DNA from: Lingula anatina
Taxonomy: Eukaryota > Animalia > Brachiopoda
Assembly (NCBI GenBank): GCA_051362555.1
Contig: CM120642.1
Location: 24,986,001 to 25,050,000, forward strand
DNA: 64,000 bases
Direction: 5' to 3'
The notes under the pieces were generated by a model. That model saw nothing but the letters and a program-made list of their open reading frames with translations. It did no database searches and was not told the origin of the DNA. Position numbers and translations under genes: made by a program. Shown piece by piece: positions 1 through 10,904 of this stretch; within the stretch, counting starts at the first letter, position 1, and every line of letters starts with the position of its first letter.

Positions 1-1288
1 TGTATTATGCACGTGTAGCTTACAGAAAGGCTTTTCTGCATTTTTTTTTTTTTTGTAATTAATAATATATGCCCATTGAATTTTCCAATTCTCTTGTCAT
101 TGAGTTCAGAAATAAATAACTTTTTATTTTGCTGATAACGCATTTAACAAGAGCCGATGTGCTTTCTTCTTTGTATGTCTTTGTTGATCTTGATAATATG
201 CGCCCCGTTTATACAAATCAGTAATACGTATACGGGACTGGATACATGATAATAAAAATTTTATTAACGTCTCACGTTAAAAAAAATAGAACCCACCCTA
301 CTAAGGGTTATGAGAGACTAAAACCTGTGATAGGCCTACTACATTTAAAATGATCACTTATCAATAAAACACATACAAAAAGGATATTATATACAAAACT
401 TTTCAAACCTTCTCTTTGTTGTTACACAAAAAGTCGTGAAAGTTCTTGAATTTTTTGTAAGTAGAATCCCCATGTAAAACTTCACAGCTTTTATTTTCTT
501 TTTCCATAATCTCATGCTTAAAGTCTTTTCTTTCTTTTTAGGCCCCTATTCTTCAATTTTTTCTTCAGATCTTTATAATGTTTTTTCTCACATTGTTTAC
601 CCCCGAGTTCTATTTGCCCATAGTTAGTTATATCCGTTGATTAACTAAGCATTTCTGTTTTTTATTAAAGCACCGTTGATCTCCTAATATTATAGTTTTT
701 CTTCCCGCCTTCGAAATGTTCAGCGCAAACGCGGTGCCCTGCTTTTGATCCAAACCTGCTATATTTTCCTTTCTTTCTACCATATTTTTCATTCTAACGG
801 GTTTGTTGGGAACCTGCTAAACCTCATGTGCTGATCTTGCTTAATGTTATTGTAGCACTAGCAGCGGGACAAAATGCACGTAAACTCAGCCATGGTTTTT
901 AGCACCGCTGTAAGTGTTTCGACATAGCAGGACTCCCCTACCCACAATGCAATTTCCATTTCGGGAAAAGATGAAAAAGGTCTATACCCTATACCCTCCA
1001 CAATAATCTTTTGAGAGATAACAACTACAGTAATCTCTTAAGAGATTACTTCTACACACTTTTTAAAATAACCAATTGACTAACTTTGAATGTTGGAAAG
1101 GATTCATTAACCATTGAAAAGCATAAGTTGTTTACCTCAGGTAAATCTGTTTGATTGCACCTTTCAAAATGAATGGTTCTTATCCCTTAAATTCCGTACA
1201 CAGTTGCAAAGACCGTGGAGTAAATTTCATTGTAAATCTTAATACATGATGAGTTCCTTTTTATTATTATTAATATTATTATTTACAG

Positions 1289-1719
1289 AGAATGCAGAAG
1301 CAGATGCCTTCTTTTGTTTCACAAACCTTATGGCAGAGATCCGTGATAACTTTATCAAGACGTTGGATTTTGATTCTTCTTGTGGTATAGGTAGGGAGTG
1401 AAATATCTAAATTTGAAATCTTTGTGTACATGATTTATTGACCTGGTTAAAACAAAACTGGTAACTGTCAAATTGACATTACAAGACATTTCAGCCAGTG
1501 TCATTTTTGACACACAATGTTAAGGGAAATTTGAAGGCACTGGTCATCTTATGAAAATCAGGGTGTTTTATTTATTTATTTGTTTGTTTGTTTGTTTGTT
1601 TGATTGGACTTTTTTTTCAATAAGTGAAGAAAATGGAAAATGGCCTCTCCTTCTTTTTCATCACTTGGTTAAGAAATACATGTAGAATATATTTCAGTAA
1701 ATATAACTCAGTTTGTTTC

Positions 1720-1803
<84 letters not shown>

Positions 1804-2609
1804 TACATGTAGGTGCTGAAATGAACAAGCTGATGTTACTGCTGAAGAAAAAAGATCAGCGTCTTCATGCTCAGTTGCGAGACCAGGACCTGAAGCCTCA
1901 GTTCTTTGCCTTCCGCTGGATTACCTTGCTGCTGTCTCAGGAATTTAGTCTTCCAGGTGACAGAGTTTTTTAACTACTGAACTTAAGTTAGGGTTAAGTT
2001 CTTTCAAAATTTAAGTTTACTCAACTGTAGTTTAGGCCTATAGGCCAAGCATACATCTATTACAATAATGATAATGAACTGGCCAATATGGCAACAGCAT
2101 TATATTACAAACGTTATATAAATTCACTTATCTAAGCAAAATTCTCATTCATATTGTTAGCATATTATATGTAGGCCGCCTGGTTAAGTTCTAAATGTAT
2201 GCATAGTTTTCATCTTGTTCACAGGTTACTGGATTTCTTTTTTTTTTTAAATACAGAAATACACTTACCTGGATATCTTTGATTTTTAAATATCCAGCTG
2301 TAAAAGCACATTTAAAGCAAGTTGATCTGCAAACTAACAGATCCACAGATCAGATATTGCCAACACACTTAAAAGCTTGCCCCATAATCCCCTAATAGAC
2401 ATTGAATTAAGCTGTCAAGTGGGTTGGCCATATTGAATCCACGGGTCTGTTAGTCTGTGGAAAAACTTTGGTTGTGAATGTGTCCCAAGACATAAGTCTC
2501 TCATCAGACAGACAATGTCTGCAACTTTGCCATTTTCAATCCATACATCAGATTTATTTATATACTAATGATATAAATGTTTGAGTCCTGAGAATATATA
2601 TATATATAT

Positions 2610-2643
<34 letters not shown>

Positions 2644-3559
2644 ATTTATTTAATCTTTCGTACTTTTAGATAGATATGTGTGATTTAATACTTGGGATAA
2701 TTAACAAATTGTATATTAATTGTTATATGGATCTTTTTCCTCCTTCAGATGTTATCAGATTGTGGGATTCCTTGTTTGCTGACGGAAAAAGATTTGAATT
2801 CCTTCTGTATATTGGCTGTGCAATGCTCATGTAAGTACATTTATGTAATATTAGACATGCAGCAGTTCTTATATATTATTTTATAAAATTTGTTTTAGAT
2901 TTCCTCTATGAATGCATTGCTTGGTTCCAGTTATTTCTAGTGTGAAGACTACATTTTCTGTAAGAATTTTTAGTATGATATTGTAATGGTCCATTGAATA
3001 TTTCATTGGCAGTTTTGAAACATCCAGATTTTAAAAAAGTAAAGTAATTTATAAAAGACTTAGTATTTGTTTTCTATTAGAACGAGCATTAATTACCTTT
3101 CAGTGCTACATAATAGCATATACATCAATTATTTTAAGTCAGTTGATGTTTGTATATATATATATCATTCAAGTTGTATTGCGGTTATGAATACGTAACA
3201 TAATAAATGAATGTGATTATTTAAGTAACTTTTCAAAATCAGAGCATATAATCAATGTTTTTCAGCAAGTTTTTTTTTTGGAGTGAATGAGAGATTTTGA
3301 AAAGTTACTTATATAATCACATTCATTTATTATGTAATGTAACCGCATTCCTTTGTTACCTGTATGCGCGATAAGGCGCTAACATCACACGTGTATATTT
3401 TGTGCGACGTTTCAGATTGACCGTTTAAAATCAGAGTCTTTTTTTTTGTATTTAGATCTGTTTACGCCCCTGATGAGGCCTGCGGGCTGAAACAGATGTA
3501 GGGACTAATGTAAATTAAAATTGAGAGAACAGATTAACTTTTTTTTGTTTTCTTGTCTT

Positions 3560-3598
<39 letters not shown>

Positions 3599-4007
3599 TA
3601 GTATTATATAACTCGGCCTATCCATATATTTTTTAGTCACCTAAGAGAAGAATTGTTACAAGGGGATTTCACTGTAAATATGAAGCTAGTGCAGGTAATC
3701 AATTTTTTTTATATTTTGGTTTTGAATATATTTAACTTTAATTTCTTCTGTTAACATTATAACTATTGTCAAATTGTCATCAAAATGTCTTCATTGGGCA
3801 TTTGGTCTGAATCGTTTTCAAGATCATGTTCCAATATCTGTCAGTGTCACCATGATGTACTTATTTTGTGGACAAAGAACATTTTAACATAAATTATTGT
3901 TTTAAATGTCTTTAAAAGTATTATGATTTGATTTGATTGGATATTTTCTAAGTGTTTATTGTAAGGTGCATTGAGATTCTAAATTTATGGAATGCACCAC
4001 AAAAGAA

Positions 4008-4049
<42 letters not shown>

Positions 4050-4126
4050 GCCTTTGCTTCTAGAATTTCCCTCCATGTGATATCCAAGCCATCTTAGATC
4101 TTGCAGTGAACTTGAGCAAAACATAA
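1289..4126 (+). CDS. TBC1D13: TBC1 domain family member 13 (Rab-GAP), 3' part; coding exons 1289-1390, 1813-1956, 2749-2830, 3637-3694, 4064-4126 (stop TAA 4124-4126); 5' exons lie upstream of the window
   Basis: GT-AG exons join in phase to give ENAEADAFFCFTNLMAEIRDNFIKTLDFDSSCGIGAEMNKLMLLLKKKDQRLHAQLRDQDLKPQFFAFRWITLLLSQEFSLPDVIRLWDSLFADGKRFEFLLYIGCAMLIHLREELLQGDFTVNMKLVQNFPPCDIQAILDLAVNLSKT*. This closely matches the TBC1D13 C-terminus as I recall it (FFCFTNLMAEIRDNF, KPQFFAFRW, DVIRIWDSLF, GDFTVNM). Confidence 0.93.
1724..1795. repeat. (TA)n microsatellite
   Basis: About 36 uninterrupted TA units. Confidence 0.95.
2303..2486. mobile_element. Fold-back MITE, same family as 42836-43019, in a TBC1D13 intron
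   Basis: actaacagatccacagatc ... gtgggttggccatattgaatccacgggtctgttagtc. Confidence 0.6.
3181..3346. repeat. Inverted repeat (43-bp core, 3198-3240 vs 3293-3335, one mismatch) upstream of the hammerhead motif; possible Penelope-like pseudo-LTR relic
   Basis: acataataaatgaatgtgattatttaagtaacttttcaaaatc is the reverse complement of gattttgaaaagttacttatataatcacattcatttattatgt, and pairing extends to gcggtta/taaccgc. Confidence 0.8.
3466..3504 (+). ncRNA. Minimal type I hammerhead ribozyme motif
   Basis: CCC-CTGATGA-GGCC(TGCG)GGCT-GAAA-CAGAT-GTA-GGG. Core CUGAUGA at 3470-3476, 4-bp stem II, GAAA at 3489-3492, short quasi-palindromic stem III (ACAGATGT), GUA cleavage triplet at 3498-3500, stem I CCC/GGG. 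Confidence 0.7.
3960..4049 (+). mobile_element. L2-type LINE/SINE 3' tail (stem-loop plus (TAT)n); a similar tail lies at about 34263-34328
   Basis: tgtaaGGTGCATT...AATGCACC-acaaaagaaatt-(tat)n. Confidence 0.5.
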
Positions 4127-6777
4127 CAGCTTCCATACCCATTATTGGGCTTTATAAGTAAGTATAGTACTGTTTAATAGTATTCAATCTCTATGTGTAC
4201 TTATTTAGATATTTAATGCCTAAGGGGATAATTTTGTGTGGAGAACAAAGAAAAAATAAAGGAATTGAAACCTGTTGTCGGCAATTATATAAGAAAATGC
4301 TGTTTGTCCATAAAAGAGACCAGGGAGCAACAGATTGGGATTTCATATGCAATAATATGTAAAATGGAATAGGTGTTAATATGCATGTAAAATCGTCATC
4401 ATTATTAACAGGAAATGTTCTTCCTTTCAGCCTACTTCAACGCCTGGACAGCCTTCAGTGACATTATAAAGGGCAAGGTTGCAATATTTGATGCCGTAAT
4501 GCTGGCAGTTTGTGTTTAAAGAAAGGCCGAGCCTTTCCAGACAGAGGCTGTGTAAAATAAATGCGTTAAATGTATGAAGGGATGCAGGACATGGCCCGAA
4601 TAGCTTTAATATCCAATATAAAGACTACCCATGCAATGAAGGTTGTTTATAATGGCTAGCAATCACTTACTGTGATGGTTCTTCACACGTAAATGTATCC
4701 TATGCCACGAGTCAAAAATGGGTGGGAAAGCAATTTGCATAAAATGCATCGTGTTATTCTCTTGTTGAAGGGATTTATTATATCATTCAGTGGGATGCAT
4801 CTGCAGTGCTTAATTTTTTTTAATCACGGAGCACAGGGATCAAGTGACATAGACCAAAGTCTTGTGTTAGGCAAGGTTTATACTTATGAGGTTGGTGTTA
4901 ATGATGTATAGTTAACTTTTCCAGTAGAAATAGTTGACTTCTGTTTTCAAGGTTATATTATTGTTAGGAGTTCTAAAGTTAATTTGGGGTTAATTATCTG
5001 TATGAACTGGGGGCTAAACTATGAAATAAAGCCGCTGTGTCTCTGAAAATGTGATGTATGTTCCTGCTGGTGTCACCAAACTGAAAATGAATAAAAATGG
5101 AATGTTTAACACTTAGTTATGGTAAATATAAACTGTATTTAAAGTAGAATGGGTGCGTGTTCAAGTGCTCAAGCAAAGCTGCATAAACACTCGATATGCC
5201 TTATTGTATATTCTCTGCTCAAGTACATCTACAGATAGGAAATAAGAAAACAGATACTCGTATATTGGTGCATGTGCGTACATGCAGGTGCATTCGTGAT
5301 TGCATGCTTCACATGCAGCACACATCAATATTAAACACAATAACAGTGAATGTATCATAGTCTTGTACACTTATGTATAGCAGATTTTAAAAAGCAAAGA
5401 ATAAAATATATGAATTTGCATATCAGCACATTTTGGTGAAGGATGAATTTTGATCATGTTAAGTTACACTGATTCAATCATCTGTTGAAATGCCCATGTC
5501 CAATTTCGTCTATGAACAAAGCATTTTTGTCCAAAGTGTATTTGTTTTGTTTGGTTCTGATGTAACTCAAAAACTAAGACACTTGAGTATATATATGTTT
5601 TAGAGCCCACTGATTCCTATAGACACCAATGGCCTATGAGAATTGACCCAACTCTGCAGGAACTCTCGCTAAATGCCTCCTCTTGTTTCTAATGTACTCA
5701 TATAATCACCAGCTTTTCTGTATTCAACTTAAAAAGCCAGGAGTATACATGTCATTAAGATAGGCTGATTGCAGGCCTTCAACTCTCCCCTCCCCCCATC
5801 CCATACATTTTCACATTTTCAGCCCTGCTTACTATAAATTTAAAGTACTTTCAGCCAATCACCATCTTTTTTTTTTTTTTTTCATTTGAACTTCTAAATA
5901 CATTATGGCAAATTTGTTTTTTGCTGTTGCTCAACCAATTTTGAGGTTCATATCGAACATGTGAAGTTACTTGTTTTATGAAATAAAGTTATAATAATTT
6001 CAACGCCGTGTTGAATTTTAGCTTATTATTATATACAGACACAAATGTTTCTGTACATTTAGCTGTAACTTGCATCTGTCGTCGTGCACTTTAAATGGAA
6101 AACCATTTTAACTTTTGTTTTCTAATTTACAGAACTGATGAATATTTATAAAATACAGGTTGGAAAGTCAGCTTGATCAGACCATTTTTACAAAAGTTAT
6201 GTTATTTTTTTTTCTTTTTTTTTTTTCTGCATATATGCAACATTTATAACACATTTCAAGGAAAACTGATAGGCCTATTGTCTTGAAAGTCACAGGAGTA
6301 ATCAATCTTACTAATATACAGATCAAAAGTTTGAAAATAAGCTTGATGGGTTCAGTTTCGATGAAGTGAGACCTTTTGCATATAAAAGTGGTTTTTCCTC
6401 ATATTTGATTCTTAGGCAAGTTTACAGTCTCATTATTGAACTAATCAGATACATAAAAGTGTTCTTTTAACATTTTCTGCATCTTAACAATATTGTTAGT
6501 TTATTATATAAAAATGATGGTAAACCTGTTACCATGTACGTATTGTGTAATAAAAGTGTCATAAATGGAAATAAACCCATATTATTACAGTTTGTCAGAT
6601 TCAATCATTCACTATGTTCAGAATCTCAGAATGAAGCAAATCGTTCTATTTATATTTTTCCCATCTCAACAATTTTCTTAGTTGACATAAAAATGGCAGT
6701 AAATTGATTACTTTGTTGAAAATGAAGTTGAAAATGGAAAGACTCATTTAAGACCAGTTATCTCATGTGTACATATT

Positions 6778-7303
6778 GGTGTGACTTAGAATTTTCATGG
6801 GCCTGAAGACCTTTGCTAGTCACATTTTTTAAATATCCATGTTACCTACAGTGCATTATGAAAGATTGGTGGTGATTATGCTGTTAAGCATTATGTAATT
6901 ATGTTATATTGTATCAACATTGAAGAAATCCCTATTTTGGGCATTGCCGCCATAGTGACCATTAAAGGAAGACCATTTCACTAACTCTTCTCAAACTTAC
7001 AGGAAAGAAACATAGGACTTAAGAACAGCTTTAGCTGGAAATAATACTTTTTTGTGAAAATTTCATTTTTTACATATTTGCATTTTCAAGGTGTGTGACT
7101 TTGAACTCTCATGGGCCTGAATCCTTATGCTTGTTACACTTTTTACATACATAGGGATTACCTGTTGTGCATACTAAAAATTTGATGTTGACTTTGCAGT
7201 TAATCATAATGTATTATTGCATCAGAATTGACAGTAGCCTATTTTATGCATTATTATTTTCTCCTTTTTGTCTGTACATTTGACAGCTTTGCTGCCTTGT
7301 TAT
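6778..7303 (+). repeat. Old interspersed repeat with two ~310-bp diverged tandem units; inverted homologue at about 39115-39466 plus 41405-41625
   Basis: Shared blocks tgtgactt(a/t)gaa..tcatgggcctgaa (6780 and 7094); tgtacatttgacagctttgctgccttgtt is the reverse complement of aacaaggcagcaaaactgtcaaatgtaca at about 39118. Confidence 0.65.
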
Positions 7304-7698
7304 AAAATATCTAAAAAAAATGTCAAATGTTTTACATAACAATTTGATTAAGCTGTACATGTACATTACCACAGTACATATATGAACTTTTTTTACATAT
7401 CAGGTAGATTGATGGTTTTAGAATATGTTCAGACACCTGCTTAAAATTATCACTACCTTCCTCAGGTGACTTTTAAGTAATCTGTCAAATTATCAACCAT
7501 GAGAGAGTGATAGATTTTAAGCTGTGTGAAACTGTACACCTGACATAAGTCGCGTCTTCGTTTACATTGGTTTATTTTTAAAAATTGTGCTAAATTTTCA
7601 AAATTGAAATAAATTTATCTGTTCATTGTGTCTTAACAATTATAAAACAATAGAATGCTATTAAAAAATCTAAATATCCGTCAAACTCTACACATTTA

Positions 7699-7924
7699 GG
7701 GTGCTTTCCCAGAGATTTAGATCGATCTAAAGATTAAGATTTAGATCGACCTAACTCCCCGGGGGTTCACGCTAAATTGCAGTCAGCCGAGCGGGCACCA
7801 TAGTTAATTACCCCTTTACAGCTTTTAGTAGGCGGGACAGACGCTTAAGCCGGCCAAGCTGACAGTAATCTAGTGAGACTCCCCACAGGGATAGATCGAT
7901 CTAAAAATCTATGGAAATGGGGTG
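7699..7924 (+). mobile_element. MITE family 'TAGATCGATCTA', copy 1
   Basis: Imperfect TIRs containing TAGATCGATCTA, TTA on both sides, high similarity to 38504-38718. Confidence 0.75.
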
Positions 7925-8599
7925 TTAGAGAGATGTTGCAAAAGAAAGGAACCCAAGACAAGGATCCAGGGTCTTACCAGTTGCAGCCACAAATTGGAGA
8001 CAGACAGTTATATGTTCAGTAGTCACATATGGAGTGCTGTTTTTAAGAATAGATTATTGTTACTCCTATATTGTATTATATATTATGTATTATAACAAGG
8101 GTCTCTTTGTGCTCTTTCGATTTCTACCCCTTTTTACAAGATGTTTCTAATATTTTAATTGTATTAAGTTACTCGTTAAGGTATGTTAAATATCAAGCAT
8201 CATAAATGAGTTCGTATGATAAGGAAGGGCAAAAAAGTGAGATTAGGGGCAAGAGGAAATGTGTACGGATTATCCTTAAAACATCCTAAACATCCTTAAT
8301 TCTTATTTCTAGAGTGTCTCAAGGGAGGCACCTTCCTGTGCAGTTGCCCAAATGCCAAAAACATTCAATTTCAATCAGCATGGTGATAAAGAAATTAGAG
8401 TTGCTAAAAGGTAGGGCCTAAGCTAAGTGGTTTTTCCTTTTCGGGCCAAGTAAAATAAGGTAGTGGTATGACATTGTTTAATTCAAAATTAAAATGTTAC
8501 TACTAAAACTATTCTCAAACCTAGACAATTTTTTAAAAATAAGAAAGCAAGTTCGAAATATATTCAACTTTCAGTCAAGAAGCCTAAATTTGATGGCAC

Positions 8600-8890
8600 A
8601 GAGAACAAAATGTGTAAAACTCCGTTCGGACAATCATCTTCCTAAGACTTGTCGTGCAATGCCCATTCTTCTTCTCTATGTGTCATCACCGATGCGGTGT
8701 TTGACGAACTTTGATATTTTGCCAGAGGTTTGTTTCTCGCCATTAACCAAGGGTGTCTTGCTGGTAATTCAAACTTGTCAAGGACGGCCTTTCGTTTTCT
8801 GCCTCGGGCACTGTTGCAAGGTATTCTACCACTAAGGCTAAGATTCTTCAATCCCTCCTTTCTGAATGGCCCAAGAAATTTGCTTGTATA
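8600..8890 (-). mobile_element. Degenerate RTE-clade LINE ORF fragment
   Basis: Translation KFLGPFRKEGLKNLSLSGRIPCNSARGRKRKAVLD resembles the RTE C-terminal pattern FLGHxxRKEGLENLxLxGxIxGxRxRGRxRxxxLD. Confidence 0.55.
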
Positions 8891-9418
8891 TATAAACTTC
8901 AAAAAAAGAAATAGCGACTTATTTTCTAAAAGATATTATTGATAAAGCATCCATTTCATACGACAAAAAGCAATTGGTTAAGTGTAATAAACTTTGATTT
9001 AAGATATTAATACTAGTACTTTCTTATGTATAACCGTTTATAGTTTTTGCCTTTTTATGTTGTTAAATGGACTGATCATTCCATGAAATATAAGCCCTAA
9101 CTGAATGCATTATTGTATAATATTATTATAATCATCATTACATATCATATCATATCATATCATATCAACTTTATTATAAATAGATGAAGCGTATTTTCAC
9201 CCCGCTTTTGATACTTTTCCTTCTGGCGTCTTCATCTTATTCATTTATTCAGTCTAGAATTTGTATTCGAACACCATTTCCAGGTTCCTTTTTCAGTACG
9301 TCTCTCGACGCCTGTTCTAAAACTTCGATACATTTCTTAAAATTAATGATGCTTCAGTCTTATTAGTAGACATATCAAAGCAACATTACAACATTAGCTA
9401 TCAAACAAGGGCTATCAA

Positions 9419-9585
9419 CAGGGGCGGATCCAGAGATATTTTCTGACAGTCTTCCAAATTATCTTTCTTGGTCCATCTTCCATTTTGACCGTCTTCCGAC
9501 AGAAAACATTAGATGGCTGACAATGTAAACTTGAAAATCTGACCGTGTTCCAGAAGACCCAGAAGACGGCCTAAATCCGCCCCTG
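9419..9585. mobile_element. CAGGGGCGGAT-type MITE with 5-bp TSD (ATCAA)
   Basis: caggggcggat / atccgcccctg termini, ATCAA at 9414-9418 and 9586-9590. Confidence 0.7.
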
Positions 9586-10849
9586 ATCAATCCGATTAAA
9601 CACATATGTGCTTTTAAATAGCACTACATAGATAGTAATTGTACACATGTGATGAATCATAGCTTTATTAATTCAAAATGCGACTGGGGGACTCATCTAC
9701 ACAGTATAAGCTTGTTGGAAAGTTTGTTTCATTTCAGGTTTTTGAACAGACGTGATTTAAACGTATGTCTACCTTTGAACATAACACCATTTACATTTTT
9801 TTACCATTTACAGGTTTTAAAATATGCTAGCGTTAACATAATCAAGTTCACATTTTATTTTCTGAAACCGCGCCGCACAAGCGTCCCATCACTGCTTACA
9901 ATAATTTAAATTTCATCTTTAGTTTGGTACAATGTAGTTATAATTCATTCTCATTTGTCTTAGTGCATTTGTTTTCTGGGACATTGCACATGCGGTAGCT
10001 GTAACTTAAACCAAATGTTTAATGGTTTGTATGTTTGATAATGGGCAAGATCTATTTAAAAAAAAATCCTCACAAATTTTCATGAATTTTTTCACGATAG
10101 AACATTTTTTAAATATTTAAATATATAAATCTTAAGAAGTGATAATATTTTTTCCGAATATGGAAGTCATAATTTTTAAGCTCATTCGGAGTCCTCTTCG
10201 GTTGTTTGCCATTTCCTTTGGAGGTGATTTCAGCTCTTGTACGTAGCGCTCTTTCCTCCAGCCCGATTTCCATTGTAATGGTGTTAATATACAGTGCGTC
10301 ATTAAATACGTAGTTTGCCCAAACTTATTTAACGAAAGGAATTACGTGTAATTATTTTTGACTCCGATTCATAAGTTCTTCTCCGAATTACATGAAGACG
10401 ACAGAATGCAGCATTTCATTACAATACAGATATACCCCCACACATGGTTCCGCATTGAAACTTGTGGGTCACGAGCTTCATGCAGATTACATGAAAAACC
10501 TGATGTATTGCTCGATGAGCACTGCCACAAGCGATTTTCCAGGAGCTTAGCTTCCAGGTGCAAGGATTGCCTAGGCAAACACAATTCTTTGAAACCCATG
10601 TGCAAAGGACACGAGGTTACAGCAAGGTTATCAACTAATTTAACACTTGAAGGTGGTTTTAAATTGTTATTTTAGAGCAGAATCGTTGCTAGCAAAATTA
10701 TCGAAATTCAGTTGTTTTTGTTTGTGCCATAATTAAGGGAGGAACATTCCTAGAAGAATCCACAAGTATTTGACGAGTAAAGCATGAAAAATGGTAAATC
10801 CTAGAAACATAAAATAACATGCTACTTCCCATATTTTTCTTTTTTTTCA

Positions 10850-10852
<3 letters not shown>

Positions 10853-10904
<52 letters not shown>
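10853..10904. repeat. (TTA)n microsatellite
   Basis: Direct reading. Confidence 0.9.

Noticed and set aside
330-950. Possible LINE relic on the minus strand upstream of the first TBC1D13 exon
   Set aside because: Lys-rich short frames only, with no recognisable motif
1617-1812. YIYIYI... ORFs
   Set aside because: Translations of the (TA)n microsatellite
2478-2512. Minus-strand CTGATGA-GAGAC(TTAT)GTCTT hammerhead-like start
   Set aside because: Followed by GGGAC instead of GAAAC, so the core is incomplete
10290-10610. Possible Tc1/mariner relic (TACAGTG end, VWG-like peptide on the minus strand)
   Set aside because: Too degenerate to support without a search; no second terminus found
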